Virus record (IMG/VR): IMGVR_UViG_3300031566_000001
Coordinates: 64,001-128,000 of that record
Strand: one strand, 5' to 3'
Length of the DNA stretch: 64,000 bases
Source: a virus
Below, piece by piece: positions 8,668 to 17,638 of this stretch. Below the pieces are notes generated by a model. The model was not told where the DNA came from. It was given only the letters and a program-made list of their open reading frames with translations, and made no database searches. Numbering within the stretch: the stretch's first letter is position 1; every line of letters begins with the position of its first letter. A program made the position numbers and the translations under genes.

Positions 8668-9487
8668 GCTGAATCGGACTTTGGCGAACGTGGATGAGCA
8701 GGGCGCCTTGGTCATGGTGCGCCAGGTTCACAGCGGCCAGATAGACCTGGGTATGGAGGCCGCGTCTTCCTGGGCGCTTCTGGTAGACATGGCGACCAAG
8801 GTAGCGGAGTCGGCTGAGGACATGCAGATGGTGTCCTGGGCCAGGCAGCGGTGCTATGCCCTGGCGGAGGTGGAGGAGTCAGAGCGGTGGTTCTTGAGGG
8901 CTGAGCAGATTTGGCACTTCAAGAACGACCAGATGAGCGTGCAGCGCGTCCAGGACATAGACGCTGAGACGGCGATCATCACGGGGGAGGACAAGCGCCC
9001 CCTGTGGGCATGGGGGTCCGATTGTGAGAACTGGCCTGACTTCTGCACGGACGCCCTGGGCATCAAGTCGGAGCAGGCCCGCGTCTTGGAGCGTATGTAT
9101 GACCTGTACGCCGTGAGGATGAACCTGCCCATGGAGGAGATCCTACGGCGCGGCAAGGCGAAGCAAGTCGTAGCCTTGGGGCTGGCGGAGTATCAGTGGG
9201 AGAATCAGGGCGCGATAGATGAGGACTTAGAAACCCTACTCAAGGAGGGCACCTGGCATGAGGTCCGTGAGTACGTGCAGGGGATGCGGAATAAGGTCGT
9301 GGCGGAGTACCGCAAGCCGTTGACTACTGACGGGGACGGCAAGATCACGTTCTGGGATGAGAACAGTTTGACCCTGGAGTTCGGGACCATCGTGCTCTAT
9401 GACCCGCCGGAGGAGTTGGGTGCGCGGGACAAGAGCATTTGGAAGCGGAGAATGCATGCCTTGATGGAGACTGTGGGGTTAGAATGA
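8636..9487 (+). CDS. Hypothetical protein
   Basis: 283-aa ORF with SD GGAGG. Confidence 0.7.
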   Translation: MSGSLSVQSGKLNRTLANVDEQGALVMVRQVHSGQIDLGMEAASSWALLVDMATKVAESAEDMQMVSWARQRCYALAEVEESERWFLRAEQIWHFKNDQMSVQRVQDIDAETAIITGEDKRPLWAWGSDCENWPDFCTDALGIKSEQARVLERMYDLYAVRMNLPMEEILRRGKAKQVVALGLAEYQWENQGAIDEDLETLLKEGTWHEVREYVQGMRNKVVAEYRKPLTTDGDGKITFWDENSLTLEFGTIVLYDPPEELGARDKSIWKRRMHALMETVGLE

Positions 9488-9747
9488 TGGCATACTGGGA
9501 TAGCCAGAAGCAAGTCGTCGTCCATATTCCAACGGAACCCCATCCTATCAATCCGGGGTGGGAGATAGTGGATTGCTCCTGCTGTGGTGGCTTGGAGTGG
9601 GGGGGTGATTATCCCAGAGAGTGCTCTACTTGCCAGGGTATAGGTCGCTACTGCCGTCACATAGAATCCGGTGCCTTGGCGCTTTACCCTGGTGGACCGT
9701 TTGTAGGACGTGAGCGGGTTATCAGGAGCACGGTGGGGTTGGGATGA
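9484..9747 (+). CDS. Small Zn-finger protein
   Basis: CSCCGG...CSTCQGIG; ATGA overlaps. Confidence 0.6.
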   Translation: MMAYWDSQKQVVVHIPTEPHPINPGWEIVDCSCCGGLEWGGDYPRECSTCQGIGRYCRHIESGALALYPGGPFVGRERVIRSTVGLG

Positions 9748-10409
9748 ACAGATACGCGGAGTTTGGCCCCATCGTCAAGGGGCATACCATCTACAAAAAG
9801 CCTGACGGTGTGATAGTGCCCGGTGTCTCCACCATCACGGGTCAGCTGTCTAAGCCCCGTCTCATAGACTGGGCGGCCAACGTGACGCGGCGGGGCCTGG
9901 ATCACCGGGCCATCCTGGAAGAGAGTGGTCGTGTGGGCACGCTTGCTCACGAGATGGTGCAGTGTCACCTCATGGGCGGTGAACCGAACTTGGCCAACTA
10001 TTCAGCTACTCAGGTGGCCCTGGCGCGGAACTCCATGGCGAAGTTCCTGCAATATTGTGAGCGGCACAAGGCGGAGCCGCTGTTTATGGAGCACCCATTG
10101 GTCTCTGAGGAATACGGCTATGGTGGTACGCCGGACTTCTACGGTTTGTTGGACGGCGTACCTGCACAACTGGACTGGAAGACTGGCTCTAATGTGTTTG
10201 AGGGGCACCGCCTACAGGCCGCGGCGTATTGGAATCTGCTGGTGGAGAACGGTCATGAAGTGAAGAGGGTGCGTATTCTACGCATTGGGAGGGAGGAGGG
10301 CGGGGGTTATCAGGAGAGCGGTGTGGGCCGCTTGGAGGAGCGCCTGGGTGTGTTCCTGGATTTGCTGTCGGCATATCAAGGGCGGTTAGAATTGGGAGAA
10401 GTTGAGTGA
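9744..10409 (+). CDS. PD-(D/E)XK exonuclease
   Basis: PGVSTIT, GTLAHE, E..L, GGTPD, LDWKTG and QAAAY motifs of the phage RecB-like nuclease family. Confidence 0.85.
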   Translation: MNRYAEFGPIVKGHTIYKKPDGVIVPGVSTITGQLSKPRLIDWAANVTRRGLDHRAILEESGRVGTLAHEMVQCHLMGGEPNLANYSATQVALARNSMAKFLQYCERHKAEPLFMEHPLVSEEYGYGGTPDFYGLLDGVPAQLDWKTGSNVFEGHRLQAAAYWNLLVENGHEVKRVRILRIGREEGGGYQESGVGRLEERLGVFLDLLSAYQGRLELGEVE

Positions 10410-10555
10410 GTATGGATAGGACTGACCGGTTCCTATTGGTAGCGGCCCGCATACTCTTGGCAGTTCTAATCATCGGGCTGTGCCTGCTGTGCCAGGCGTT
10501 CACGTGGATGGGGTACCTGGAGTATTGGGTACCGAAACTGTTGGGGGGAGGATAG
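10406..10555 (+). CDS. Small membrane protein
   Basis: 49-aa ORF with GTGA overlap and one hydrophobic helix. Confidence 0.5.
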   Translation: MSMDRTDRFLLVAARILLAVLIIGLCLLCQAFTWMGYLEYWVPKLLGGG

Positions 10556-10560
10556 TGGTT

Positions 10561-10764
10561 ATGAGAGGATATGCAGTAGATCCCATGGCGTTGGCTGATT
10601 CGCTGGGCATACCGCGAGACGAGGTGGCGTCGTTGTTAGAATCAAGCGATCACCCCTATGATTGCCGGTGCAACGAGTGCCGTGAGTGGTGGCGCCAGAT
10701 GGGGCCTGACCCCGATACCGGTGAACATGGGCCGTTCACTGCGGAGGAGGTAAGGGGTGACTAA
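10561..10764 (+). CDS. Hypothetical protein
   Basis: ATG with SD GGAGG; CRCNEC motif. Confidence 0.55.
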   Translation: MRGYAVDPMALADSLGIPRDEVASLLESSDHPYDCRCNECREWWRQMGPDPDTGEHGPFTAEEVRGD

Positions 10765-11023
10765 GACGAAGCGATCTGATATGCGCGGGCAGGCTGTATA
10801 CCGCGATCCGGTGTTTTATCCCTATAGACGACTGGCAGCGAGTCGGGTGGTGCGGGACATACAAGAGCATAATGGAGGCTTGCTGGGTTTAGTACAGCAC
10901 CGGAATTTCACGTGGGTAGTAGTGGCAAAGGACGCGAACGCCCCGAGGTGGTATGTAGATAGAATGCTGACGGTGGAATGGGTAAAACAGGGCAAGGCAG
11001 GCCGTTCAGCATGGATGAGGTAG
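10757..11023 (+). CDS. Hypothetical protein
   Basis: ORF with SD GGAGG. Confidence 0.55.
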   Translation: MTKTKRSDMRGQAVYRDPVFYPYRRLAASRVVRDIQEHNGGLLGLVQHRNFTWVVVAKDANAPRWYVDRMLTVEWVKQGKAGRSAWMR

Positions 11024-11625
11024 AGGTGAGCGATACTGTCACCGTCGCGGCTCTGGACCTCGGATATTTGCGCACCGGTTATGCTGTCATCCGTCAGCCC
11101 GGCGACCAGGTTCTCAAGTATGGTGTCATCAAGGCTGAGCCGTACCGGGCCAAAGTAACTGAACTGGTCCACGTCAAGCGGGCCAAGTCCGCCTTCGACG
11201 GCCTACGGCTGGCGCTGTACTATGCCGATGAGGATCACGGACCCCTGGATGCTCTGGTCTATGAAGAGCCTCAGTGGGTGGGGGCTGCTTTGCGCAGGGG
11301 CAAGATGTCCAAGGCCTCGGTGCTGGCCCTGGGTGCGGCCCTGGAGCGGATGTACCTGGTCCTGGTGGCGGTGGGCTGGTCCTGTGTGGAACCCAAGAGC
11401 GGACGCGTTCAGATGAGGCCAGTATACTCCATAGACCCGGCGCGGTGGCAGCCGCTGTTCACCGGGGCGGGGCGGCTCCCAGCAGGGCAGATGAAGCCCC
11501 TGGTACGCCGATACGTCAAGATGCGCACCGGGATTGCACTCTCAGAGTCCGAGCACGATGCAGCCGACGCTATCGCTATTGGCATCGTGGCTGGCAAGCT
11601 GTTACAAATCGAGGGTAAGATATGA
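11011..11625 (+). CDS. RuvC-like Holliday junction resolvase
   Basis: ALDLGYLRTGYAV, LVYEE and HDAADAIAIG catalytic motifs. Confidence 0.85.
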   Translation: MDEVEVSDTVTVAALDLGYLRTGYAVIRQPGDQVLKYGVIKAEPYRAKVTELVHVKRAKSAFDGLRLALYYADEDHGPLDALVYEEPQWVGAALRRGKMSKASVLALGAALERMYLVLVAVGWSCVEPKSGRVQMRPVYSIDPARWQPLFTGAGRLPAGQMKPLVRRYVKMRTGIALSESEHDAADAIAIGIVAGKLLQIEGKI

Positions 11626-11738
11626 TCCATCCTCCTCATCCTCCTCACACGCCTAGCAGGAAGGGGCGGGTGCTAGCCACACCCGCCCCGCTGGGCGGTA
11701 TCTGGGGCGCTGTGGCGCCCGCTAAGGGGGTTTATGCT

Positions 11739-12314
11739 ATGAACGGGGGGCTGGGTATGGATTCTCGGTTGTGGGCTATTCTGGTGGCTCTGGTGGTATT
11801 GTGTTGCTGCCCTGTGCCTGCGGTGGCAGGTATGGATCGTGGCGTGGAGGACCCCGTGCCGACCAACGTGTACCTGATGGCCTTGACGGTTCTGTACGAG
11901 GCCACGGGGCAGCCGGTGTTGGGGCAGGAGCTTGTGGCCCGCGTGGTGTTCAACCGGGTTGCCTGGATAGAGGCCGCCTACTTCGAGCAGGTAGTCTTTG
12001 CCGATGGGCAGTTCATGGCCTGGACTCCAGAGCGCAGATGGGCCTTCGCCCGTTGTCAGATCGAGCAGGACAGTGATCCCGCATGTTTTGACCGCATGGC
12101 CCTGGAGTGGCTAGGTTCTGCACCCGATGCCCGTGAGCGGTGGCTGGACCTGCTGGCCATGTCTATGGCGGTAGTGAACGGCGCGGCGGATCCGGTGGGC
12201 TGGGCTGGCGTGCGGTACTTCGACAATCCGCGGTTCTGGCCGGAGGGCGAGCCTCCGTGGGCGCCTGCGAAGGTGTTTGTGGGCCAAATTGGAGATCATT
12301 GCTTCTGGCGGTGA
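11739..12314 (+). CDS. SleB/CwlJ-like cell wall hydrolase (Hydrolase_2) with signal peptide
   Basis: LTVLYEATG...VARVVFNRV...GQF...YFDNP...QIGDHCF; hydrophobic N-terminus ending AVA. Confidence 0.8.
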   Translation: MNGGLGMDSRLWAILVALVVLCCCPVPAVAGMDRGVEDPVPTNVYLMALTVLYEATGQPVLGQELVARVVFNRVAWIEAAYFEQVVFADGQFMAWTPERRWAFARCQIEQDSDPACFDRMALEWLGSAPDARERWLDLLAMSMAVVNGAADPVGWAGVRYFDNPRFWPEGEPPWAPAKVFVGQIGDHCFWR

Positions 12315-12316
12315 GC

Positions 12317-12379
12317 CTTTTGTGCAAAAGCCGGGGTGACGGTTTCTTTTGCTGGCAAAGGGTTGGGCTGTGGCATGAT
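12317..12379 (+). promoter_or_regulatory. Bipartite palindromic element, copy 2
   Basis: CTTTTGTGCAAAAG (12317-12330), 15 bp, CTTTTGCTGGCAAAGG (12346-12361); TTGCTG-N19-CATGAT with a TG extension. Confidence 0.75.
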
Positions 12380-12395
12380 GGAAGGGGGAATAGCG

Positions 12396-12596
12396 ATGCA
12401 GATTGAGGTCAAGGGCGGCAAGCCTGGTTACGTGATTCGGAGCGGAAAGGATGCCCTGGAGTGTGTGACCATAGTAGAGACCTTCGTGGATTCTGATGCG
12501 GCGTACAATACTGATTATGGCGCAGCGGCCAATGGCCTGGACCGCTGGCTGAAGCGGATGATAGCCGAGGAGGATAGTCATGGACACCAGAGATGA
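12396..12596 (+). CDS. Hypothetical protein
   Basis: ORF with a purine-rich SD. Confidence 0.55.
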   Translation: MQIEVKGGKPGYVIRSGKDALECVTIVETFVDSDAAYNTDYGAAANGLDRWLKRMIAEEDSHGHQR

Positions 12597-12831
12597 GTTC
12601 TGCGTGAAGTGCCGCCGCAAGATGCATGTGGCCAAGGTGGGCCAGGAGGTCCTGGAGCTGACTGAGAAGGGCACTCCGTACAGGCTCGCGGCTGGTGATG
12701 TGTTGGAGTGCCCTAAGTGTGGATATCAGGTCGTGACCCGCTTCGGCAAGGTCACTCCGCACTATGAGGCTGGATTCAATGAACTTGTGGGGCGTCTTCG
12801 CCGACGTGACCTGCTCCTGGAGGTGGTGTGA
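12580..12831 (+). CDS. Zn-ribbon protein
   Basis: CVKC...ECPKCG. Confidence 0.65.
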   Translation: MDTRDEFCVKCRRKMHVAKVGQEVLELTEKGTPYRLAAGDVLECPKCGYQVVTRFGKVTPHYEAGFNELVGRLRRRDLLLEVV

Positions 12832-13100
12832 TGCCTGATGACAGGTGTATCATCGTAGCCGTGCCCGTGGAGGTCAGTCAACGGGGTGAGATCGTCACCG
12901 GCTCCACCAAGGCAAGGTGCGCCGATTGTGACGCGGCGGTCTGGGTTGCGCCCAGCAGCCAGATTATGATGCGGAGGCAGACGTGTAAGGTGCTGTGTAT
13001 CCCCTGCGGCCTTGGAGCCATCGAGGAGGACCCGGATCCGGAGTTCAGTACCACTCATGAGGAGGCCTTCCGGTTGCTTACAGAGGAAGATAATGGTTGA
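12828..13100 (+). CDS. Zn-finger hypothetical protein
   Basis: CADC...CIPC. Confidence 0.6.
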   Translation: MMPDDRCIIVAVPVEVSQRGEIVTGSTKARCADCDAAVWVAPSSQIMMRRQTCKVLCIPCGLGAIEEDPDPEFSTTHEEAFRLLTEEDNG

Positions 13101-13827
13101 CAGCATAACAATCAACTGGAAGGATTCTGTTTGGAATGTACCCCTGGGTAGCTGGGAGCCGGTGGATGCTGTGTCCATTCGCCCTGTCCCGGCCCGTGAT
13201 GGTTGTCGCTGCGGGTCTTGCCGGTTTCTGGATCGTGAGGCTGAGGGCTGGAGATGCGCCAACTTCGTGAATATCCTTGCAACGAGGGCACTAAAGGGTA
13301 TGAGCCCCGTCAGTCCGCAGATGCGGCTCATGGCGTGCCTGGATTGGGAGGGCTACCCACCCCGCAACCCCGGCTGGTTCGCCTGCCCGCTGTGGCTCTC
13401 TGGTGAGTCTATGTCTACACGGGCCTATCGTGAGGGCCATTTTGGGGAGTTCTTAACACTGATGGCCCTGGCTGGGGCCGGGGAGCCTCACACCGAGTAC
13501 CGTACCCATGAGGGATCACAGGCACAGGGCGACCTGGCGGAGCTGGAACGGGCCGGTGCTGATATGAGGCGGAAGGACAAATGGTGGAAACTTCTAGGTA
13601 CGTGGAATCTTCCGGTTGATGGCTATCCTGGCGCACCCCATCCGATGAGCGGCCTGGTCAGCTTTGGGAGTACCCTGTCCACCAAGGCTGCGAGTTCCTT
13701 CGGGGGACTGTTATCACTTGTCACTACGGATTATCTCACGCAGAGCGAAGGGGCTTCTGTGGAGGTGTCCCGTCATGCCAATTGCCGGTGTGCAATTGTT
13801 GATGATGTGGAGGATGAGCTGGAGTAG
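13093..13827 (+). CDS. Hypothetical protein
   Basis: ORF with SD; C-terminal HANCRC motif resembling the end of gpF/gp7 proteins. Confidence 0.55.
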   Translation: MVDSITINWKDSVWNVPLGSWEPVDAVSIRPVPARDGCRCGSCRFLDREAEGWRCANFVNILATRALKGMSPVSPQMRLMACLDWEGYPPRNPGWFACPLWLSGESMSTRAYREGHFGEFLTLMALAGAGEPHTEYRTHEGSQAQGDLAELERAGADMRRKDKWWKLLGTWNLPVDGYPGAPHPMSGLVSFGSTLSTKAASSFGGLLSLVTTDYLTQSEGASVEVSRHANCRCAIVDDVEDELE

Positions 13828-13841
13828 TCTTTGACCCCTAC

Positions 13842-13870
13842 TTGACAAGTTACAAACTATGCTGTACAAT
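13842..13870 (+). promoter_or_regulatory. Sigma70-type promoter upstream of the packaging genes
   Basis: TTGACA-N17-TACAAT. Confidence 0.75.
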
Positions 13871-13883
13871 GTGACGGAGCATT

Positions 13884-13926
13884 AGCCCCGTCTACCCGGA
13901 CGGCGGGTGGGCGGGGCTTTGCCATT
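13884..13926 (+). terminator. Hairpin immediately after the promoter (attenuator/terminator-like)
   Basis: 14-bp stem AGCCCCGTCTACCC/GGGTGGGCGGGGCT with a weak T tract. Confidence 0.5.
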
Positions 13927-13966
13927 ACAGGTCGTCTGTATCTGTTGTCAGTAAAGGATTTGTTAG

Positions 13967-14461
13967 GTGCCCAAGAATCAAAGCCCTCATACCGTGAGCC
14001 ATAAGGTCCTGGTGGCCTTGCGTAGGCGGCAGGTGGCAAGCCTGCGGCTTCGGGGGTACACGGAGCGGGAGATAGCCGACGAGCTTGCCAACGAGGGCAT
14101 GCTGAACCCCAGGACGGGCATGCCCTGGACGCAACAGACTATGAACAATGACCTCAAAGCTATTCGTGAAGACTGGCGCAAGCGTGCTGCTGAGGACATC
14201 GCCGAACACATAGCCCGCATCCTGGCGGAGCTCTCTGAGGTCAAACGCTCTGCGTGGGCTGAGAAGGACTACCAGGCCATCTTGCGGGCCATTGAGAAGG
14301 AAGCCAAGATACTTGGGGTAGACAGTCCTGATAAGCAGATCGTGATTGAGGGAGACCTGGAGACATTTCTATCCAGGCTGCCGGAGGAGTACCAGATTGC
14401 CATCCGCAACCTCATCCTCACCGACTTTGTCGGAGGCGGCCCTGCGAGGCTTCGCCCCTGA
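13967..14461 (+). CDS. Terminase small subunit (HTH)
   Basis: RRRQVASLRLRGYTEREIADEL helix-turn-helix; lies immediately upstream of TerL. Confidence 0.7.
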   Translation: MPKNQSPHTVSHKVLVALRRRQVASLRLRGYTEREIADELANEGMLNPRTGMPWTQQTMNNDLKAIREDWRKRAAEDIAEHIARILAELSEVKRSAWAEKDYQAILRAIEKEAKILGVDSPDKQIVIEGDLETFLSRLPEEYQIAIRNLILTDFVGGGPARLRP

Positions 14462-16007
14462 CGACTTCGCCCGGACCTTCGTGGGGGCTATGGGGGATGT
14501 ATCCCAGGGTCGGCTCAAGGAGTGGGCCATGCGCGGCACCGACATCACCCCGGCGGATTGGGGGGAACGGTACTTCTACATCGAGGATCCCTGCGATGTG
14601 GAGACCGGGCGGCAGCTGACCCCAGGGCCTATAAGGCTGTTTTCGCTCCAGAAGGCATTGCTCAAGGCAGCGCTGGAGATCACACCGGAGTTGGGATTTC
14701 GTTGGCAGAGCATTGTATTTTCGGCTATCAAGAAATCAGGAAAGTCCAGGCTGGCGGCTATGGTGGATGCGTGGGTGGCTGACCAGATGGGGCCGTTTGC
14801 GGAAGTCTACCTGGCGGCCAATGATGGGAAGCAGTCGGGGGATCGGCTTCTGAACTGCATCGCCCGGAGCATAGAGCTGAATCAGAAATTGGGGACCGGC
14901 CTTGTGATGACCCGGTGGAAGGACCGCAAGACCGCAATCTCGCTACCCAACGGCTCGGTCATTGAGGCCATCCCTGTAGACCCCACAGGTCAGGCAGGTG
15001 GTAACCCGGCCTGTGTTACGTTCTCAGAGCTTTGGGGATACCGCCTGGAGGACAAGCAAAGGCTGTGGGCGGCGCTTACGCTATCGCCTACGAAGCGTGG
15101 GCTGTCCTTTCGTTGGGTGGACACCTATGCGGGGTACGAGGGGGAAAGCAACACCCTGGAGAACCTGTACGACCAGGGTGTGAACAAGGGCCGCCTCTGG
15201 GTGGACTGGGCTGATGAGAACCGCATCGAGTATGACCCCATCCTGAGAGAGCAGGAGATACCCTTGTTCGTCAACGAGGCCACAAGGTTATGGTGCTACT
15301 GGGAGACGGAGCCGCGGTTCCCCTGGCAGACGGAAGCGTACTATCAGGAGCAGGCCGGGGCCTTGACGGAGCTGGAATTCCGCCGGGTACACAAGAATGA
15401 GTGGGTCACCTCGGAGGATGTTTTCGTACCTATCGAGTGGTGGCACGGCTGCGCGGTGGAGACGCCCTTCCCGCCGTTGCAGTCGAGTGAGGAAGTGATC
15501 CTGGGGGTAGACGCAGCGGTCAGTGGCGATTCGTTCGCAGTGGTGGGTGTCACGCGGCATCCGATGGCCCCTGGCACTCACGTGGCGGTGCGCTACAGCC
15601 GGGTATGGTACCCACCCAAGGGCGGGGAGCTGGACTTCGGCCCTATCGACCAGGAGATACGGCGCTTCTGTGGGGAGCACAACGTGGTGGAGGTGGCCTA
15701 CGACAAGTGGCAGCTACACAAGCTGGCCACAGACCAGGGCAAGGACTACGTGGCCCACTGGAGGTCCTTCAGCCAGGGGTCCGAGCGTTTGGAGTCGGAC
15801 GTACAGCTATACCAGCTCATCAGGGCCAAGGAATGCACCCATGATGGGACGCACCATGAGCTGACCCGGCACATCGCCAATGCCAATAGCAAGATGAGCA
15901 AGGAAGAGGAGACGCGGCTGCGGATTGTCAAGAGCAAACGGGGCAAGATTGATGCGTGTGTGGCGCTCTCTATGGCGGCGCACCGGTGTTTATACCTGAA
16001 CCTGTGA
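14346..16007 (+). CDS. terL: Terminase large subunit (start uncertain, possibly ATG 14490)
   Basis: Walker A IKKSGKS; nuclease motifs LGVDAAVSGD, VAYDKWQ and KIDACVALSMA. Confidence 0.9.
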   Translation: MRETWRHFYPGCRRSTRLPSATSSSPTLSEAALRGFAPDDFARTFVGAMGDVSQGRLKEWAMRGTDITPADWGERYFYIEDPCDVETGRQLTPGPIRLFSLQKALLKAALEITPELGFRWQSIVFSAIKKSGKSRLAAMVDAWVADQMGPFAEVYLAANDGKQSGDRLLNCIARSIELNQKLGTGLVMTRWKDRKTAISLPNGSVIEAIPVDPTGQAGGNPACVTFSELWGYRLEDKQRLWAALTLSPTKRGLSFRWVDTYAGYEGESNTLENLYDQGVNKGRLWVDWADENRIEYDPILREQEIPLFVNEATRLWCYWETEPRFPWQTEAYYQEQAGALTELEFRRVHKNEWVTSEDVFVPIEWWHGCAVETPFPPLQSSEEVILGVDAAVSGDSFAVVGVTRHPMAPGTHVAVRYSRVWYPPKGGELDFGPIDQEIRRFCGEHNVVEVAYDKWQLHKLATDQGKDYVAHWRSFSQGSERLESDVQLYQLIRAKECTHDGTHHELTRHIANANSKMSKEEETRLRIVKSKRGKIDACVALSMAAHRCLYLNL

Positions 16008-16015
16008 GGGGAGAG

Positions 16016-16189
16016 ATGAAGCAAGAACTCTGTCCGGTATGCCGCGGTAAGAAAATAATCGTGTCCACTCATATCTCGGGGGTTCTCTCCCAGAGGAAGT
16101 GCTCAGCCTGCGGTGGCACGGGAATCGTCAAGCCGAAGACCTGCAACATGCCCCCAGGATCGTGTGGGGGCTGCCCAGGTCGGTTCTAA
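16016..16189 (+). CDS. Small DnaJ-type Zn-finger protein
   Basis: CPVCRG...CSACGGTG. Confidence 0.55.
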   Translation: MKQELCPVCRGKKIIVSTHISGVLSQRKCSACGGTGIVKPKTCNMPPGSCGGCPGRF

Positions 16190-16219
16190 GGCGCTTAAAG
16201 CTGAGATGAGGGGTATCCC

Positions 16220-16777
16220 ATGTCTAACACGGTAATCATTGCGGGCAGGAACTACACTGACCCAGATAGGCCAGCACAGGCTCCGCACATTGACGCGGAC
16301 GGTACTGCGTATATCAGGACGCTGGGTCAGAGTGACGTGGTGATGCTGTCCGAACCAGCATTGGCTGCCGCCAGGGCGGGGACAGCATTCTGCCACAAGG
16401 TGAACAGTAAGGTGGGCATCAATGGTGCGCCAACGGTGCTGACGGATGCGGGCCTGCTCAGGACAACGACTGCAGGCTACAGGGACGTTATCACTTGCCT
16501 CTATGCCTATCTGAGCACATTCAGCGATTCGTGTGAGTTTGAGATAGGCTACACGGCAAACGCGGATGGCACGGGGGCATTTACGGCGATGACGATGATG
16601 TTTGGCCTTGATACTGGCGCTGCCTCTTCGGTGCCTTCACCAAGCCTTACGATGCTTAGCCCACCCATTGTCATCACACCAGCCATGGGCGGGGCATGGA
16701 CTATCAGGGCACAGACCAATGATGCAGGTGCAACGGTGACATTCGGCATAAACGGCTGGCGCGAGCTTATCACCTAA
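16220..16777 (+). CDS. Putative virion structural/decoration protein
   Basis: Beta-rich ORF between terminase and portal; N-terminus similar to the next two ORFs. Confidence 0.55.
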   Translation: MSNTVIIAGRNYTDPDRPAQAPHIDADGTAYIRTLGQSDVVMLSEPALAAARAGTAFCHKVNSKVGINGAPTVLTDAGLLRTTTAGYRDVITCLYAYLSTFSDSCEFEIGYTANADGTGAFTAMTMMFGLDTGAASSVPSPSLTMLSPPIVITPAMGGAWTIRAQTNDAGATVTFGINGWRELIT

Positions 16778-16778
16778 T

Positions 16779-16823
16779 TCTTTGCCAGCAAAGGAAACGC
16801 TGGCCTAGCCTTTTGTGCAAAAG
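16779..16823. promoter_or_regulatory. Bipartite palindromic element, copy 3 (inverted order)
   Basis: TCTTTGCCAGCAAAGG (16779-16794), 15 bp, CTTTTGTGCAAAAG (16810-16823), abutting the SD. Confidence 0.75.
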
Positions 16824-16832
16824 GGGAGAACG

Positions 16833-17228
16833 ATGGCGAGAGTAGAGATAGCGGGACACGGCCAGGATAGCAATACGCCCATCGGTGCGGTATTCAGTGA
16901 GCAGGGCATCATCGTGCCGCCTTATGATGACTTGGTTAGTTACGGGCCGACCGATGCGCCCGCTGTCAACAAGGCGATATACACGCCCAGTGCCAGCTTC
17001 CGGTTCATCCCTCAGTTGGTTGTGATGTCCTGTGAGGGGGCACAGATCTTCACTTTCGCCTGCGGGACCTGGCACATGACCATTTACATCTCTGGGCAGT
17101 CAGGGGGCACGGAGGTCATTCCCTTCGTCGGTGGGGGCCTGCGGCTGGCACGGCTGCCGTTGTTATTGACTACGCCCAACGCGGTGAATCACTACGTGGG
17201 CTTCATGGGTAGGCAGGTGGTGGAATAG
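16833..17228 (+). CDS. Putative virion structural protein
   Basis: Starts MARVEIAGHG; SD GGGGAG. Confidence 0.55.
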   Translation: MARVEIAGHGQDSNTPIGAVFSEQGIIVPPYDDLVSYGPTDAPAVNKAIYTPSASFRFIPQLVVMSCEGAQIFTFACGTWHMTIYISGQSGGTEVIPFVGGGLRLARLPLLLTTPNAVNHYVGFMGRQVVE

Positions 17229-17235
17229 GGGGCGC

Positions 17236-17637
17236 ATGATGAGCATAGCACAAACGGTACTGATAGCAGGTAGAGGAGCGGACGGGACACCTCAGGTTAT
17301 TGAGGTAACTGTTGGGGGTGCATTGCCGGTCAGCGCATCGGCGGCGGACAACCCTACCTATCCTCTGGTGCGGAACCTGACCCTGACCCTGGCTAATACG
17401 GAATATGCACAGGTTCTCCCTGCTAACTGTCGGTCCTTCGAGTTTCATTGCCGCACGGCCAACGATATTCGGTTTGCGTTCGAGCCGGGGCGTGTCGGCC
17501 CACCGGCGGCGCCGTACATGACCTTGCCCTCTGGCTTGTGGTACTACTCCGAGGAGGTCTACTTGCAACCAGTGTGGACCCTCTACTTCGCCAGCGCGGT
17601 TGCCGCCGTGGTGGTGGAACTCATAGGGTGGACGTAA
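17236..17637 (+). CDS. Putative virion structural protein
   Basis: Starts MSIAQTVLIAGRG; beta-rich. Confidence 0.55.
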   Translation: MMSIAQTVLIAGRGADGTPQVIEVTVGGALPVSASAADNPTYPLVRNLTLTLANTEYAQVLPANCRSFEFHCRTANDIRFAFEPGRVGPPAAPYMTLPSGLWYYSEEVYLQPVWTLYFASAVAAVVVELIGWT

Positions 17638-17638
17638 G

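Noticed and set aside
9744-10409. Cas4/CRISPR-associated nuclease
   Set aside because: Lacks the Cas4 Fe-S cysteines and sits in an ordinary recombination module.
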